Position numbers and translations under genes: made by a program | Shown here: in pieces, positions 7,869 to 10,079 of the stretch | Layout of the letters: every line of letters starts with the position of its first letter | Numbering within the stretch: the first letter of the stretch is position 1 | The notes under the pieces: model-generated | Databases searched by the model: none | What the model was told of the DNA's origin: nothing | What the model saw: the letters and a program-made list of their open reading frames with translations, nothing else | Assembly (NCBI GenBank): GCA_041601615.1 | Contig: JBFIHX010000024.1 | Span: 1-10,079, forward strand | Direction: 5' to 3' | DNA length: 10,079 nucleotides | Source: Thermoplasmatota archaeon | GTDB lineage: Archaea; Thermoplasmatota; E2; JACPAO01; JAHFTW01

Positions 7869-8480
7869 ATGGCTTGGACCATAAAGGCAGCATCCTCCGT
7901 GCTGCTCACCACAGCAATTCTATTGATTCCCGGCAGCGGAGCAGCAACTCCAGACTACATGGACGAAGACGGCGACCCCAACACCGGACCCACAGACATC
8001 ATCGGACTCTCCGCAGACTCCGACGGATCCATGTTCATGCTCACCCTCCACATCGACGCATTCGAAGACAACCAGCCCTCCATCGAATACTGGTGGGATT
8101 TCGTCGCTGGCAACGACGTATACCGCTGGCAATGCACCGTTGAAGGATCCCACGGCGCCCTCAGCCTCGACTGCGCCACCCAAAACATCCCCGGCCGCTA
8201 CGCCAGCTTCGGAAACGCAGGAAGGACCATTGAATCATCCTCCGCCTCCCTTGGATCAAGCATCGACCTCAAAGCCCCCGGCGGCCGAACCGCAGAAGCC
8301 ACCTACATCCTGGACCCCACCGAAAACACACTCCAGCTCAAGGCACCCTATGCACAACTCGGCATCCGCAGCGGCGGCTCCGTCGAATTGCTCGAAGGAG
8401 GCGCCCGCAACTCATCGCCCCTCCACAAAAACACCGACCTTGACCTGATGATTCTCGGAGCCATCATCACACTACGCTGA
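7869..8480 (+). CDS. Secreted hypothetical protein (203 aa)
   Basis: N-terminal hydrophobic signal peptide ending SGAA, acidic DEDGD...TDI start of the mature domain, a beta-strand-like pattern and two Cys. Codon usage is coding-like and a well-spaced TATA box lies upstream. Confidence 0.75.
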   Translation: MAWTIKAASSVLLTTAILLIPGSGAATPDYMDEDGDPNTGPTDIIGLSADSDGSMFMLTLHIDAFEDNQPSIEYWWDFVAGNDVYRWQCTVEGSHGALSLDCATQNIPGRYASFGNAGRTIESSSASLGSSIDLKAPGGRTAEATYILDPTENTLQLKAPYAQLGIRSGGSVELLEGGARNSSPLHKNTDLDLMILGAIITLR

Positions 8481-8526
8481 AGACCAAACCAAGAACCTTC
8501 TTCTTCTCCTCCCATTGTAGGTGCTT

Positions 8527-9189
8527 ATGCAATGGTTGCAGACTGACGCCCTCACCACCGTTGGCACCTTCTGGGAACGCAACGGCGAAGCCATCGAAAG
8601 CCTCGGCATCATCGCCGGCGGCATCCTGGTCTACGGCCTCATCGTCAACCTGTTCTACCAAATCATCAGCAAGCGCGTGATGTTTGCCGCCAAGACCTAC
8701 GACGGCCGCGACCACGTGGGCGGTCCCGGACGCGGCTTCGTCTACCTCATGATGTTCCCCCTCGTCAGCTTCGCCTACTTCCTCGTCCTCTCCTTCGCGC
8801 TCCTGTTCCTAGGCGGCGAACACCAAAGTCCCCAACAAGTCATCACCCTCAGCTTCGCCGTCGTCGCCGCCGTGCGAACAGCCGCCTACTTCAGTGAAGC
8901 CACCAGCCACGACGTCGCCAAAATGCTCCCCCTGGGTCTACTCGGTGTCATCCTCGTGCAAGCCGAATTCCAAAGCGCCCGCGAAAGTGTCGGCCAGCTC
9001 AAAAATTTCTTTGACCACTCCGATCTCGTCATTCTCTACTTCGCAATCGTCGTCGTCCTCGAATATGCGCTGCGCAGTTGCTACATGATTGCCGACCTCA
9101 GCAACCACACCAAAACCCCAAGCGCACCCCCGCAACGCGCCGCACCCCCCGGCAAAAAGCGGCCCGGCAAACCCGAAGACGGCACCTGA
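8527..9189 (+). CDS. Uncharacterised membrane protein, ~5 TM helices (paralogue 1)
   Basis: Five hydrophobic segments and extensive amino-acid identity with the next ORF (FWxRNGEAIE, IVNLFYQxISKRVMFA, AAYFSEATSHDVAKMLPLGLLGV, LEYxLR). ATG 8527 is preferred over GTG 8521. Confidence 0.85.
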   Translation: MQWLQTDALTTVGTFWERNGEAIESLGIIAGGILVYGLIVNLFYQIISKRVMFAAKTYDGRDHVGGPGRGFVYLMMFPLVSFAYFLVLSFALLFLGGEHQSPQQVITLSFAVVAAVRTAAYFSEATSHDVAKMLPLGLLGVILVQAEFQSARESVGQLKNFFDHSDLVILYFAIVVVLEYALRSCYMIADLSNHTKTPSAPPQRAAPPGKKRPGKPEDGT

Positions 9190-9202
9190 ACCGGCACCTG
9201 AA
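9180..9202 (+). repeat. Short tandem direct repeat CGGCACCTGAA x2 (12-nt period)
   Basis: Copies at 9180-9190 and 9192-9202; the first contains the TGA stop of paralogue 1. A degenerate third copy, CGGTCCCTG, follows. Confidence 0.7.
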
Positions 9203-9298
9203 TCGGTCCCTGGCCCTCAGCCCCCCACAGCCCAACAGACACGGTCCTAGGCCGGCTCGGGCGACGGCGCTACATTCCGGGCGCCTCCACCAAAGCAC

Positions 9299-9994
9299 AT
9301 GGCACGCGGCCTCGGCGGCATCTCGGCGTCCGCAGCCGCCTTCTGGGACCGCAACGGCGAAGCGATCGAAGGCTTCTCCGTCTACACCACAGGCATCCTA
9401 GTCTACGCCCTCATTGTCAACCTGTTCTACCAGCATATCAGCAAACGCGTGATGTTCGCCGGCCGCACCGTCCGAGGGCGCACCCAAGTCCCCGGCCCCG
9501 GACGCGGCTGGATCTACCTCATGCTGTTTCCCATCGTCAGCTTCGCATTCTTCCTCTTGCTCTCCCTCTCCCTCCTGTTTCTTGGCAGCCGCAATCAAAC
9601 CCCCGCACAAGTGGTCACATTCTCCTTCTCCCTCGTCGCCGCCATCCGCATCGCCGCCTACTTCAGCGAAGCCACCAGCCACGACGTCGCCAAAATGCTC
9701 CCCCTTGGCCTACTGGGCGTCGTGATCGTACAAGCCGAATTCTCATCTCTTGCTGAGTCCAGCCGCCGCCTCCGAGATCTCGTCGACTACGCCGACCTCG
9801 TGGCATTCTTCTTCCTCATCGTCGTCGCCCTCGAGTACGGCCTGCGCGCCTTCTACATCTTCGTGCTGCACGAACAACCACCCCACCGGCGCGGCGGACG
9901 CAACCGCGCCAGCCGCGCCCGAAGCCGCATGGTCTACTCCCAATACCGACCCCACCTCGAACCCGCAGACGAAGCCCAACCGCCACCAGAATGA
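9299..9994 (+). CDS. Uncharacterised membrane protein, ~5 TM helices (paralogue 2)
   Basis: Collinear paralogue of 8527..9189 with the same conserved blocks and an Arg-rich C-terminal tail. Confidence 0.85.
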   Translation: MARGLGGISASAAAFWDRNGEAIEGFSVYTTGILVYALIVNLFYQHISKRVMFAGRTVRGRTQVPGPGRGWIYLMLFPIVSFAFFLLLSLSLLFLGSRNQTPAQVVTFSFSLVAAIRIAAYFSEATSHDVAKMLPLGLLGVVIVQAEFSSLAESSRRLRDLVDYADLVAFFFLIVVALEYGLRAFYIFVLHEQPPHRRGGRNRASRARSRMVYSQYRPHLEPADEAQPPPE

Positions 9995-10079
9995 CCCTCC
10001 CCCTTGCTGCACGCGCCCCCACCCCCGCCCAATCCAAGCACCACCACCACCACCACCACCACCACCACCACCACCACCA
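9991..10079 (+). CDS. Possible partial ORF MTLPLAARAPTPAQSK-(H)13+, poly-His
   Basis: ATG 9991-9993 overlaps the upstream TGA 9992-9994 (ATGA) and the frame stays open to the window end. It is truncated and has no homology support. Confidence 0.25.
   Translation, partial: MTLPLAARAPTPAQSKHHHHHHHHHHHHH
10039..10079 (+). repeat. (CAC)n trinucleotide microsatellite, at least 13 units, running off the window end
   Basis: Perfect CAC repeat from 10039 to the last base. Confidence 0.95.

Noticed and set aside
9180-10079. Repeats considered as a CRISPR array or mobile-element ends
   Set aside because: There is no repeat-spacer periodicity, no cas, transposase or integrase gene, and no terminal inverted repeats.

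Overview
GC-rich archaeal chromosomal segment. The archaeal-type AlaRS, the GAN/Cdc45-type DHH nuclease, the LAGC lipoproteins and the apparently leaderless genes suggest Thermoplasmatota, but that assignment is an inference. Seven complete CDSs are supported: alaS (-), a CocE/NonD (peptidase S15-like) lipoprotein hydrolase (+), a convergent lysyl-oxidase-domain lipoprotein (-), a divergent RecJ/GAN (Cdc45-like) DHH nuclease (+), a secreted hypothetical protein (+), and two tandem paralogous ~5-TM membrane proteins (+). The window ends in a (CAC)n repeat that reads as a poly-His tract in frame with an ATG overlapping the last stop codon. The most notable observations are an archaeal membrane-anchored lysyl oxidase with its copper and LTQ residues apparently intact, a PIP-box-like QSTLF terminus on the GAN homologue, and the duplicated membrane pair followed by a possible poly-His peptide. 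No rRNA, tRNA, CRISPR or mobile element was recognised. All family calls rest on motif recognition by eye, not database searches.
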